Assembly (NCBI GenBank): GCA_021203245.1
Contig: JAJQBO010000080.1
Span: forward strand, 1-64,000
Origin: Planctomycetaceae bacterium
GTDB taxonomy: Bacteria > Planctomycetota > SZUA-567
Length of the DNA: 64,000 bases
Direction: 5' to 3'
The position numbers and the translations under genes are program-made. The stretch's first letter is position 1. Every line of letters starts with the position of its first letter. This document shows positions 40,014 through 49,567 of this stretch, in pieces. The notes under the pieces are model-generated. The model saw nothing but the letters and a program-made list of their open reading frames with translations, had not been told where the DNA came from and did no database searches.

Positions 40014-41284
40014 ATGGCAGTAATTTTATTCTTCGTGTTGTTCCTCACCCTGTTCCTGGGGATTCCCATCAGCCTGTGCATGGGCTTTTCCGTCTTTGTC
40101 ACCCTGGTCCTGACGGGTTCGCGCATACCTCCCATCATGATCACCCAGCGCATGTTCACTTCGCTTGACAACTTCATTTTTCTGGCTGTGCCGTTCTTTA
40201 TTCTGGCTGGAGAAATAATGCAACGGGGCGGCATATCGAAACGGCTGGTCTCGTTCGCACAGTCCATTCTGGCGGGCCTGCCGGCCAGCCTTTCCGTCAT
40301 CACCACCGTTTCCTCCTGTTTTTTCGGCGCCATCTCCGGTTCGAATCCCGCGACCGTCGCCGCCATCGGCGGCCTGATGATCCCCCGCATGATCGAAACG
40401 GGGTATCCGAAGTCCCGCGCCGCCGCCATCGCCGCCGCAGCCGGAACGCTCGGCGTAGTCATTCCGCCCAGCATTTCCATGATCACCTATTCGATGATGG
40501 CCAACGTCTCGGTCGGCAGCATGTTTATTTCCGGCGTCGTGCCGGGACTACTGATGACCGTAGTCATCTCCGTCGTCAGCATGCTGCTGTGCAAGGGGTA
40601 TGAAACCAATCAATCGCTCCGGTTGGCGTTCAGGGAGATGCTGTCCGTGTTCGCAGGAGCGGTGTGGGCGCTCCTCATGCCCGCCATCATTCTTGGCGGC
40701 ATCTACGGCGGCATCTTTACGCCCACCGAAGCGGCGGCGGTTTCCTGCGCCTACGCGTTCTTTGTCGGCAAATACGTCTACAAGGAACTCACCATGGGTG
40801 AAATGGTCAACGTTATGGTCAGGACTGCCAGGAGTACGGCGGTGGTGCTGTTCATCGTCTCGATGGCGTCTTCCTTCTCGTGGCTGATGACCTCGACCGG
40901 CATTCCCGGTTATATTACCGAGACGCTATTGGGCGTTTTCCACAATAAGTATGTCCTCCTGTTGATGATGAACGTGGCGCTGCTTTTCTTCGGCTGTTTT
41001 CTCGAGACCCAATCCATCATCCTCCTGATGACGCCCATTCTCCTGCCGCTCGCGGCGCACCTCGATCTGCATCCCATCGCCCTCGGTATCGTCATGGTCA
41101 TCAACACCTCCATCGGTATGGTCACCCCCCCCCGATGGCGGTCAATCTCTTTGTCGCCGGCGGCATATCGGGCGTCACCATCCCGGCGATAAGCTGGGCG
41201 GTCCTGCCTTACTTCTTCGCCCTGATCGGATTGCTGGTGGCATTCACCTATTTCCCGTTTATCTGTACCTTCCTGGTCGTCTGA
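40014..41284 (+). pseudogene. dctM: TRAP transporter large permease (DctM family), frameshifted in a C9 run
   Basis: The frame breaks at C9 (41125-41133). Reading GMVTPP(P)MAVNLFVAGGISGVTIPAISWAVLPYFFALIGLLVAFTYFPFICTFLVV* restores the conserved C-terminus. The span is 1271 nt, which is not a multiple of 3. Confidence 0.85.
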
Positions 41285-41325
41285 CGCGTTCGGAGAAAAT
41301 CCGTTACGCCTCCGTTCTTCCCCAA

Positions 41326-41358
41326 AATTCCCAAGCCGTTCGCGGCTTGGGAATTTTT
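41326..41358 (+). terminator. intrinsic terminator after dctM
   Basis: AATTCCCAAGCCG-ttcg-CGGCTTGGGAATT followed by TTT. Confidence 0.8.
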
Positions 41359-41610
41359 ATGCCGTACGGATTGTTTCAACCCGTGACAAGTGCACGGAGC
41401 GATTATAGTAAGAATACGCACGACAAAAAGCGCACCATAGTGGAGCGGAAAGTATACTAACCGGAATTTCCGCCCGAAGTCATAATCCACCCCGCAGGAT
41501 TTTTCAGTAAAGTTATTATTCCAGTTGCGAACCGAATTTTGACAGGATATAGTATCTGAAGAAAACATATAAATTGGACAATAAGGTCCAAACGACTGCA
41601 ATCACCAAGG

Positions 41611-41649
41611 CTTGCTTAACGCGACTCGTCGCGGAGCAAGTCTTTTTTA
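41611..41649 (+). terminator. terminator-like hairpin in the leader of the ANTAR regulator gene
   Basis: CTTGCT-taac-GCGAC-tc-GTCGC-gg-AGCAAG followed by TCTTTTTTAT. It lies directly before the GGGAGA Shine-Dalgarno and TTG 41664. Confidence 0.55.
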
Positions 41650-41663
41650 TCGGGAGATGTGCC

Positions 41664-42383
41664 TTGAAAGACACCCTTGTCCTTATCGACGATGAGCCCA
41701 TAGCCAGGATGGACTTCTGCGAAATATTCGAAGAAGCAGGCTACGAGGTTGTGGGACAGGCTTCCGATGGGTATGACGCTATCGAACTGTGCCGAGCGAA
41801 ACGACCTGACATCGCATTAATGGATGTAAAAATGCCAATCTTCGACGGTCTGAGCGCTGCCGAAGTCATCATTGGCGAAGAGTTATGCGACTGCGTGATT
41901 TTGGTTACCGCCTACTCGGACGATGAATTCATCGAGCGTGCCAAGCGGGCCGGCGTCATGGGATATCTTGTTAAACCTCTCGATGAAAAGACCCTTCTCC
42001 CAGCCGTCTCAATCGCCTTGGCCAAAAGCCGCGAAATCCGGAAAACACGGGACAAAATGGCGGAGTTGAGTAAAAACATCGACGACCATAAAATTATCGA
42101 ACAGGCTAAAGGGATCCTCGCCCGTGCCCACGGGATTTCGGAGACAGAGGCTTATGGCCAGTTGCGGCGGCTGGGCATGGACAAGCGTTGCCCGGTGGCG
42201 GAAATTGCCAAGTTTGTGGTGGAAACAGGCGGACCGCGTGCGGAGGTGAACAAGGCGAAAGCCGTCTTGTCTAACAAGCACGGCTTGTCCGAGTCCGAGG
42301 CCTATACTCGCCTTAAGGAACATGCCAAGAAAAATCGTGTTTCTCTGGAAGAAGCGGCCAAAGATATTCTTAGAAACCGATAG
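41664..42383 (+). CDS. response regulator with receiver plus two tandem ANTAR RNA-binding domains
   Basis: Receiver: VLIDDEP...DIALMDVKMPIFDG...LVKP. ANTAR 1: IEQAKGILARAHGISETEAYGQLRRLGMDKRCPVAEIAKFVV. ANTAR 2: VNKAKAVLSNKHGLSESEAYTRLKEHAKKNRVSLEEAAKDIL. I chose the TTG start; ATG 41574 is an alternative. Confidence 0.85.
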   Translation: MKDTLVLIDDEPIARMDFCEIFEEAGYEVVGQASDGYDAIELCRAKRPDIALMDVKMPIFDGLSAAEVIIGEELCDCVILVTAYSDDEFIERAKRAGVMGYLVKPLDEKTLLPAVSIALAKSREIRKTRDKMAELSKNIDDHKIIEQAKGILARAHGISETEAYGQLRRLGMDKRCPVAEIAKFVVETGGPRAEVNKAKAVLSNKHGLSESEAYTRLKEHAKKNRVSLEEAAKDILRNR

Positions 42384-43779
42384 GCCCATTATTATCCAGG
42401 ATCTATGCAAAAAATACCCCGACCTTGCCGACAGCGACATCGACATCCTGAAACAAATCGCCGGAAAACTGCCGCTTTTCTCCGAATTGTACGGCACCGA
42501 CATGTTTATCGATTGTCTTCTGCGTAACGGGGAAAATGCTGTTGTTGTCGCCGAATATAAACCTACCAGCCGCCCATCCGTTATTTCAAAATCGGTCGTT
42601 GGGGAAATAGTCGGCAAATCGGTCGAACCGGCAGTCATCCGCACTCTCCATACCGGAGTGACCAGTACGGATCTAAAGTCCATAACAGTGGAACAGCGCA
42701 CTGTCTCGCAATCGGCTGTTCCGGTGTTCAACAGCGATACTCGGGTCATCGCCGCCTTGGTCAGCGAAGAACCACTGGAACGTGGTGGCGAAACCCACGC
42801 GCCCGCAAACAGAGCCGGACTTTCCGAACGCAGCGTCATGTTGACCGGCGACCTCCTTTCGGTAACCAGACACATCAACGACGCCATCGTCATGTTCGAC
42901 TCGGAATGGAAAGCCATACACCTCAACCGATCCGCCAGGGAATTCTACCAAAAGCTGGGCTATATGGACGAGATCAAGGGCATGCCGTTGGGTAACCTCA
43001 TCCTGGATCGCGACATGTATGACCTGATTCGGCGTGAAAAACAGGACGTAGGCAAGGAAATACGCTATGGCTCCCTTACCCTGCATGTCCAGTGCGTCGT
43101 TATTAATCACGGGTCGGGAATAGTCCTCGCCCTCATCATCAGCGATTTGTCGGAACTACGGGCCAAGGACAGGGAACTGATCCATAAATCGGTGGCTATG
43201 CAGGAAATTCATCACCGTATTAAGAATAATCTGCAAAACATCGCGAGTATCCTGCGCCTCCAGGCCAGGCGAAGCCAGGATGAAGGCACCCGCCATGTCC
43301 TGAGGGAGAATATCGGCCGTATCCTCAGTATTGCCGCCACCCATGAGATCCTCGCTAAGGTCGGCGTCGATTGCGTCGAGATAAATGATCTCCTCTGCAG
43401 AATTCGCGATAACGTCGCCCGCTACGGCCTGCCCGCAGCCAAAGCGATCGACATCTCCGTCGAAGGCGACGCCTTCCAAGTGATGTCCAGCACCGCCAAC
43501 ACGGTGGCGCTCGTCGTCAACGAACTCTTGACCAATGCCCTGGAACACGCCTTTACCGACCGTTCCGAAGGCATGGTCAAAATCCGTATTGACTACGGCG
43601 CGCCCATGGCCGGCATTTCTGTCGAGGACGACGGCGGTGGTTTTACACTTTCCGAGGTTCGTCAGGAAAGTCTGGGGTTTGGCATCGTCCGCGCCCTGGT
43701 CAAGGATACGCTTGGAGGCGAATTGACGGTGAGCTCCACCGAACAAGGAACCAGAATAGCCTTCACCTTCAGTAACTGA
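42322..43779 (+). CDS. cytoplasmic sensor histidine kinase, HisKA_2/PdtaS-like
   Basis: H-box EIHHRIKNNLQNIASILRLQ; HATPase N-box NELLTNALEHAF; G-boxes DDGGGF and GFGIV. No TM segments. The start overlaps the regulator gene and is uncertain. Confidence 0.8.
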   Translation: MPRKIVFLWKKRPKIFLETDRPIIIQDLCKKYPDLADSDIDILKQIAGKLPLFSELYGTDMFIDCLLRNGENAVVVAEYKPTSRPSVISKSVVGEIVGKSVEPAVIRTLHTGVTSTDLKSITVEQRTVSQSAVPVFNSDTRVIAALVSEEPLERGGETHAPANRAGLSERSVMLTGDLLSVTRHINDAIVMFDSEWKAIHLNRSAREFYQKLGYMDEIKGMPLGNLILDRDMYDLIRREKQDVGKEIRYGSLTLHVQCVVINHGSGIVLALIISDLSELRAKDRELIHKSVAMQEIHHRIKNNLQNIASILRLQARRSQDEGTRHVLRENIGRILSIAATHEILAKVGVDCVEINDLLCRIRDNVARYGLPAAKAIDISVEGDAFQVMSSTANTVALVVNELLTNALEHAFTDRSEGMVKIRIDYGAPMAGISVEDDGGGFTLSEVRQESLGFGIVRALVKDTLGGELTVSSTEQGTRIAFTFSN

Positions 43780-43850
43780 ACCATCATGGCTACGTCATCT
43801 CTGGCCATGGTATAGTCGAAAAGCTGCGACACGGCACGATGTCGCCATTT

Positions 43851-43924
43851 AAAGCGAAAAGGCTTTACCCCTTCTTCCGACCCCGATCGGAACGGAGCGG
43901 GTGTAGGCCTTTTCGCTTTTTTTC
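43851..43924 (+). terminator. long-hairpin intrinsic terminator in the leader of the opine-dehydrogenase-like gene
   Basis: AAAGCGAAAAGGC (43851-43863) pairs with GCCTTTTCGCTTT (43906-43918), followed by a T run. The loop contains an inner hairpin TTCCGA-ccccga-TCGGAA. Confidence 0.65.
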
Positions 43925-43986
43925 GTTTCCCGATTATACCCATCCCGTCTGTGTGGCGGGTCTATCCCACGAAAAAGGAGAATGTA

Positions 43987-45073
43987 ATGGCAGGCACGAA
44001 GATTGCGGTTCTAGGCGGCGGTAACGGCGGCCACATGGCGGCGGCGGATATGAAGCTGAAGGGGCACGAGGTGCGCTTGTATGAAATGCCCGCCTTTAAG
44101 CACAACCTGGAGGAAGTTTTCAGGACAAGGACAATCGAGGTGTCCGGCACCATCAAGGAAAAAGTCGTGCTGGATATGGTGACCGATGATATTGAAGCCG
44201 CAATCGACGGAGCATGCTACATTCTCATCGTCACTCCCGCCTTTGCGCACGAAGGCTATGCAAAACTCCTGAAGGGTAAGGTCAAAAAGGATCAGGTTAT
44301 CACCATCTTCCCCGGCGCTTTCGCCGCGTTGGTGTTCCGTAACGTCTTCGGCGAAGCCGATTGTCCAGTCATTGCCGACGTCAACAACCTCCCCTATGAT
44401 ACCCGCATTTCCGCGCCGGGGGAGATCTCGCTCTTCGGGCGCAACAAAGTGAATATCGCATTCCTTCCCGCATCGGCCGCCGATGGCTTAATCGAAGAAA
44501 TGCGCCGCGACCTCTTCCCCTTTGAAAAAGTTTACCAGGACGTTCTCGAATGCGGTCTGAGCATCGTCAACCCGGCTCTCCACTCCGGCCCTTGTCTCTT
44601 CAGCATCAGTTCCATCGAGCGTCCCGATGTCAGCTTCTACCTTTATGAGCACGGCTTCACCCCGTCGGCGGCAAAACTCGACATCGCGCTTGATAACGAA
44701 CGCAAGGCTATCGGCCAAAAACTCGGTTACACGCTCACCCCCATCGAGGACTTCAGCGGTCTTAAGGAAGGCTATGCCTGGCAGGAGTTGTATCAGGCGA
44801 CGCACGGAAGCATCGCGCTGACGCCCATCTGCGGGCCGAACGACATCAATAACCGCTACCTGACCGAAGACGCCCCCTATGGACTTGTTCCCTGGAGCGC
44901 TATCGGCAAGCAGGTTGGCGTAGCCACCCCCCATCATCGACGCGGTGGTGAACATCTACAATATCATCCATGAGACCGACTGGTGGAAGCGAGGCAACGG
45001 TGTCGACAAGTTTGGTTTGGACGGTCTTGACCAAACCGCGCTTTCGAGTTTTGTCAAAACAGGAAAAAAATAA
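43987..45073 (+). pseudogene. NAD/NADP octopine/nopaline dehydrogenase-family protein, frameshifted in a C6 run
   Basis: MAGTKIAVLGGGNGGHMAAADMKLKGHEV Rossmann start. The frame breaks at 44927-44932. With five C it continues ...VGVATPIIDAVVNIYNIIHETDWWKRGNGVDKFGLDGL...KTGKK*. Confidence 0.8.
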
Positions 45074-45171
45074 CAATTGATGGCGGTTAATCCGGGCTTG
45101 AAATAGAGTAAGTCGAGTCCAGCTCTGTATTCAAGCTTCGGTGTGCCGCCCCTGTATAAGGATAGTAAACT

Positions 45172-46296
45172 ATGAAAAAGGCTTACAGCACGGCCAAAGT
45201 AATCAACCTCGCCGGGGCAATGATAGCATATCTCATCGGTTCCGGTTTCGCGTCCGGACAGGAATCGCTGCAATTCTTCACCGCGTATGGGACATGGGGC
45301 TGTCTGGGCGCGGGGATTTGCGCCGGGGTGATATACTTTTTTTTCAGCACCACGATCATGGAGGATGGCCGAAAACTCCAGTTGACCCAATCCAACGACA
45401 TCTTCCGCTATTATTGCGGCCGCTATCTGGGTACGTTCTATGAATGGTACACGCCGTTTTTTTCTTTTCCTGGTTTTTGTCGTGATGATCTCGGGGCGGG
45501 GGCGATATTGAACGAGTATTATGGCCTGCATCCGTTAGTGGGTCGAGCCATGATGGCGGGCCTGTCTCTTGCGGTGGTCCTGCTCGGTCTTAACCGGATG
45601 ATTGACATTATCGGGAAAATTGGCCCTATCATAATCATTTTCGGCATCATTGTCGGCCTTGCCAACATCTTTTTGTCCAGCGATGGTTTCGCCACCGCCG
45701 ATCAAACCCTGGCCGCGATTGAGGTGAATAGGGCAGCCCCCACCTGGTATCTGTCCGGCGTCATTTTCGCAGCGTTCGGATGCATCTTAGCCGCGCCGTT
45801 CCTGGCCCGTATCGGTGCAACCACCAGTTCCTCGACCGAAGCGAGGTTTGGCGGCGGTCTGGGAGCCGTTACCTTTATCATCGCGTGCATGGTTATGGCG
45901 TACGGACTACTGGCGAGCATTGGCGACATTCACTCGAAGAATGTTCCAGCGCTCATTCTGGCGGATAAGATGTTCCCAGCTGTCGGCGTTCTTTTCTCTC
46001 TCATTCTTTTTGGTGCCGTCTTCTCCACCGCCGTTCCCATGCTTTGGTTGACGTGCAATCGCATTTCCACCGACGAGAAGAGTGGTAAGTTCCGTGCCTC
46101 GACGCTCATTCTGACCCTCATCGCCTTCTTCGGTGGCCAACTTCCTTTTGCCACCCTCGTGAACACTATCTATCCATTTACGGGATACTTGGGTATTCTC
46201 TTGATCGTATGTATTGGCGTGCGGTGCTTGCGTAGCGCCGTCCGTCTATCCAAAACGGCTGAGGACGGTACCATGAATTTAGAACGACAGCGGTGA
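45172..46296 (+). CDS. YkvI-family polytopic membrane protein (putative transporter)
   Basis: N-terminal IGSGFASGQESLQFF motif as in B. subtilis YkvI. About 10 TM segments. Confidence 0.65.
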   Translation: MKKAYSTAKVINLAGAMIAYLIGSGFASGQESLQFFTAYGTWGCLGAGICAGVIYFFFSTTIMEDGRKLQLTQSNDIFRYYCGRYLGTFYEWYTPFFSFPGFCRDDLGAGAILNEYYGLHPLVGRAMMAGLSLAVVLLGLNRMIDIIGKIGPIIIIFGIIVGLANIFLSSDGFATADQTLAAIEVNRAAPTWYLSGVIFAAFGCILAAPFLARIGATTSSSTEARFGGGLGAVTFIIACMVMAYGLLASIGDIHSKNVPALILADKMFPAVGVLFSLILFGAVFSTAVPMLWLTCNRISTDEKSGKFRASTLILTLIAFFGGQLPFATLVNTIYPFTGYLGILLIVCIGVRCLRSAVRLSKTAEDGTMNLERQR

Positions 46297-46525
46297 TTGG
46301 CTGGACTTACATTTCCACTGGTACGTTTCTAGCCCTGCGGGTTAGCGCTTTTAAAGAATGCCTGGTTCCTGACTGCGTTTTTCGGTTATGATTCCGAGTA
46401 ATCCACAGGCCCAGCAGAGCGAATCAGGCAAATATATGTAGAAGCTGTTTCATAACTTCCTCAGTGTGATCATAAGGGATATTTGGAGCAGGTGGGCTCT
46501 TGACAATACCCCTAGCCAAGAAATA

Positions 46526-46550
46526 GGGCGGATGAATTCCTCATCCGCCC
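46526..46550. terminator. hairpin terminator between convergent genes
   Basis: GGGCGGATGA-attcc-TCATCCGCCC. It is T-rich on the minus-strand side, downstream of the second dctP. Confidence 0.65.
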
Positions 46551-46577
46551 ATTCTCGACCACGTTTGCGTTCACCCC

Positions 46578-47672
46578 TTAGTTTTTGACTGCATCAAGCC
46601 AGGCTTTGCAGATTTCTGAACCAACAGCTTCTTCAATCATCTTGTGTTGCGGGTCACAGGCTTTTTCCATTTTCAACAAGTCGTCCATCGACATATCCAC
46701 TACTTCAATACCCTTCGACTTCATGAAATCCAATGCCTTGGCATTGTCCTCTTTGGCACGGCGGTGCATGTCGTTAGCGAACACTTCAAACACCTCTTCC
46801 AACATGGCCTTGTACGAAGCGGAAAGACCGTTCCATATATTTACATTGAACATAATGCCGTGGATGCTGGGAATGTGATTGGTAAGGGTAATGAACTTGC
46901 CCTGTTCAAAGGTCTTTTCGGCGATGAAAGTTGTGGGGTTATTCTCAATCGCGTCGATAAGGCCCTGCTGCATGGAGATGTAAACTTCGCCTGTCGGGAG
47001 CGGGGTCGGGTTGGTGGTCAAATTCTGCCACATGGTGATGAGGTTGGCGGCGGGCTGGGTGCGGATCTTCAAACCCTTCAGATCTTCAAAGGTATGGATA
47101 GGACGACGGCAGGAAAGCAGGACACGGAACCCTTCGCTGCACATGCCAAGCAAGCGCATATCGGCGTCGGCGGCAGAGGTATTGATGATGTTGAGCAGTT
47201 TTTCGTTTTTGAGAGCGGCGGTGAACTTGTCGAACGGAGCGATAATGCAGCCCATGTCGAAAGCGCCGAACTCAGGGACGAAATTAGCATAGTTACTGAC
47301 GTTGACCATGGACATGGCGATATTGCCCATCTGCACCGCTTCCACGATATCCGCATTGGAGCCAAGTTCTCCAGCACCAACGTAGGAGATCTTGATTTTC
47401 CCGTTGGACCAGGCGTTTATGGTATCGACCATAATGCGGTTGGTGAAATCGGGAATGCTTCCCCGCGCGTATAACGCACCAAATGTTAGCGTCACATCGG
47501 GTCCGGATTCAAGGGTGAGACCCTTGTCATTGGTCCAGGTCTTTTCACCCGCGATGGTCGTTGTGTCGATGCTTTCGGTGCCGTAGACGGTACCGGCGGC
47601 GCACGTTTCGGTTATACCCGGTATTATCAGGACTGTAAGCGCCAAAAGTGCTAAGAAAGCTACTTTTCTCAT
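46578..47672 (-). CDS. dctP: TRAP transporter substrate-binding protein (DctP family)
   Basis: Signal peptide MRKVAFLALLALTVLIIPG, with a DctP-type body. I chose the start at the ATG 8 nt after AGGAG. Confidence 0.85.
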   Translation of the reverse strand: MRKVAFLALLALTVLIIPGITETCAAGTVYGTESIDTTTIAGEKTWTNDKGLTLESGPDVTLTFGALYARGSIPDFTNRIMVDTINAWSNGKIKISYVGAGELGSNADIVEAVQMGNIAMSMVNVSNYANFVPEFGAFDMGCIIAPFDKFTAALKNEKLLNIINTSAADADMRLLGMCSEGFRVLLSCRRPIHTFEDLKGLKIRTQPAANLITMWQNLTTNPTPLPTGEVYISMQQGLIDAIENNPTTFIAEKTFEQGKFITLTNHIPSIHGIMFNVNIWNGLSASYKAMLEEVFEVFANDMHRRAKEDNAKALDFMKSKGIEVVDMSMDDLLKMEKACDPQHKMIEEAVGSEICKAWLDAVKN

Positions 47673-47725
47673 TTTCATATCTCCTCTGCAAAAAACCATC
47701 CTATTTGCCCTGAATACCCGCGTAT

Positions 47726-49018
47726 TCAAATAAGCAAAAGTGTGATGGATGGTATAAAAACAATCAGCGACAGCGCGACAATAAAGAACACGATAAAGGG
47801 AAACGCCTTCTGTGCGATTTCCATGACCTTGGCATTGACCAAGGGCGCCGCGACAAACAGATTAACCCCAAACGGTGGGGTGACAAAGCCGATGGCGAGG
47901 GCGACGACCATTATCATGCCGAAGTGAACCGGGTTGATGCCCATAAGTTCGGCGGCGGGGACGAGAATCGGAGCGAGGATGAGAATGGCGGGCGCCACAT
48001 CCATAACCATCCCGAGAAACAGGAGGAAGATGGTGAAAATGACCAGGAACAACATAGGGCTGCCACCAAATGTGTACACGACGAAATTGGCCATTGCAGC
48101 GGGAGCCCCGGTAAGGGTAAGTACCCGGCTAAATGCACACGCCATCATGAAGACTAGTAGCAGCGGGCAGTAGGATTTGACCGTTGTCACCAGGAAAGCG
48201 GGAATTTCACGCACACGAACCGATCGGTAAATAAAAACGGTCACGCCCAGTGCGTAGGTAACGGAGATAACAGCAGCTTCGGTCGGAGTAGTCCAGCCGC
48301 CATAGATGCAGCCAAGAATAATAACGGGAGTGAGAAGGGCCCAAAAGCTTTTCACCATGAGACGGCCAATGCCGAGTTCTTTCAATTTCTCGTGGTGGGC
48401 GTTGATCTTTTCCTTGTCTTCGCCGACGTATTTACAGCGTATGAAGGCCCATATCATCAAACAGAGAGCGATGACGATGCCCGGTATAATGCCGCCGATG
48501 AACATGTCACTCACCGAAACCCCAGACACCATGGAGTACAGAATAAACGGAATGCTGGGAGGGATAATCACGCCAAGACCACCTGCTGTTGCGCAGATCG
48601 CCGCCACGAAATTCTTGTCGTAGCCAAGCTTGACCATAACCGGAATCACCATGCCGCCAACAGCTGCGCATGTCGCCGGGCCGGAACCGGAGATAGCCCC
48701 AAAAAACAGGCATGTAACAATGGCAGCACAGGGCAAACCGGCTGTGACCCGTCCAAGGAAATAGGCGAATACATTGAACAGCTTTTCCGAGATGCCGCCG
48801 CTGGCCATGATAGCCCCGGACAACATAAACATTGGGATTGCCAGCATGGGGGTGGAATCAAGTCCGCCCAACATGCCGCGAATAATATACTGTGCATCGG
48901 CGACAAAGCTCGGATCCGACCAATGCGGGTATAACGATGCCAAGCCAACAGAAACGCCGATTGGCAGTCCAATCAGGAGGCAAATGGCAAATACTATTCC
49001 AAGTCCTTGAATCATCAT
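47726..49018 (-). CDS. dctM: TRAP transporter large permease (DctM family)
   Basis: 430 aa, polytopic, ...GFVTPPFGVNLFVAAPL... motif intact. Confidence 0.9.
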   Translation of the reverse strand: MMIQGLGIVFAICLLIGLPIGVSVGLASLYPHWSDPSFVADAQYIIRGMLGGLDSTPMLAIPMFMLSGAIMASGGISEKLFNVFAYFLGRVTAGLPCAAIVTCLFFGAISGSGPATCAAVGGMVIPVMVKLGYDKNFVAAICATAGGLGVIIPPSIPFILYSMVSGVSVSDMFIGGIIPGIVIALCLMIWAFIRCKYVGEDKEKINAHHEKLKELGIGRLMVKSFWALLTPVIILGCIYGGWTTPTEAAVISVTYALGVTVFIYRSVRVREIPAFLVTTVKSYCPLLLVFMMACAFSRVLTLTGAPAAMANFVVYTFGGSPMLFLVIFTIFLLFLGMVMDVAPAILILAPILVPAAELMGINPVHFGMIMVVALAIGFVTPPFGVNLFVAAPLVNAKVMEIAQKAFPFIVFFIVALSLIVFIPSITLLLI

Positions 49019-49567
49019 CTACTCCTCAACCGCACTGAGACGCAGATTATCGAGATCACCCGTACCCCCAACTGTAGCCTCTTCATTATCGACGACAGTA
49101 GAAAGGACGCGTACCTGTCCAATAACATCCTGGATACACCGGAAAACAACCAGGCCAAACCCGATACACGCGATAACATAGAGGATCCACATCGGCATTC
49201 CCATTGCGGCGCTGGTTTGTTTAAAGCGGATCATTTTCTTCGCCAGGCCGAAGGAGCTATAGAACAGGTAACCGAAAAATAACCCGGATACGACCATGAG
49301 GAGAATATTGAGAACCTTTTTAACGCTTTCAGGAAAGAAATCGGTGATGATATCGACCTTGAGGATAATCTTCTTTTTGACGGTATAACTGATGCCCAAA
49401 AATCCCGATGCAACGAAGAGATAACGAGACAATTCCTCAACCCAGGTCAGCGACCCGACAGTGCTCCGCATCACGATCTGTAACTGAAGGATGATGTACA
49501 TGGCGACGAGGAGAATCACCAAGACCGATTCCTCAAGATACTTATCCAACCATTTTAAAACTTTCAT
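49019..49567 (-). CDS. dctQ: TRAP transporter small permease (DctQ family)
   Basis: 182 aa, four TM segments, WVEELSRYLFV motif. It abuts dctM. Confidence 0.85.
   Translation of the reverse strand: MKVLKWLDKYLEESVLVILLVAMYIILQLQIVMRSTVGSLTWVEELSRYLFVASGFLGISYTVKKKIILKVDIITDFFPESVKKVLNILLMVVSGLFFGYLFYSSFGLAKKMIRFKQTSAAMGMPMWILYVIACIGFGLVVFRCIQDVIGQVRVLSTVVDNEEATVGGTGDLDNLRLSAVEE

Noticed and set aside
43780-43986. A canonical ANTAR dual-hexaloop RNA target.
   Set aside because: Hairpins are present, but their loops are 6-13 nt and lack the A-at-1/G-at-4 pattern. I therefore report only a candidate attenuator, not a confirmed ANTAR site.
45440-45500. Possible compensating frameshifts in the YkvI-like gene around the T-rich stretch (…TPFFSFPGFCRDDLGAGAIL…).
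   Set aside because: The frame is continuous, and the flanking sequence reads sensibly as a loop between TM segments. No alternative frame gives a better match by eye.
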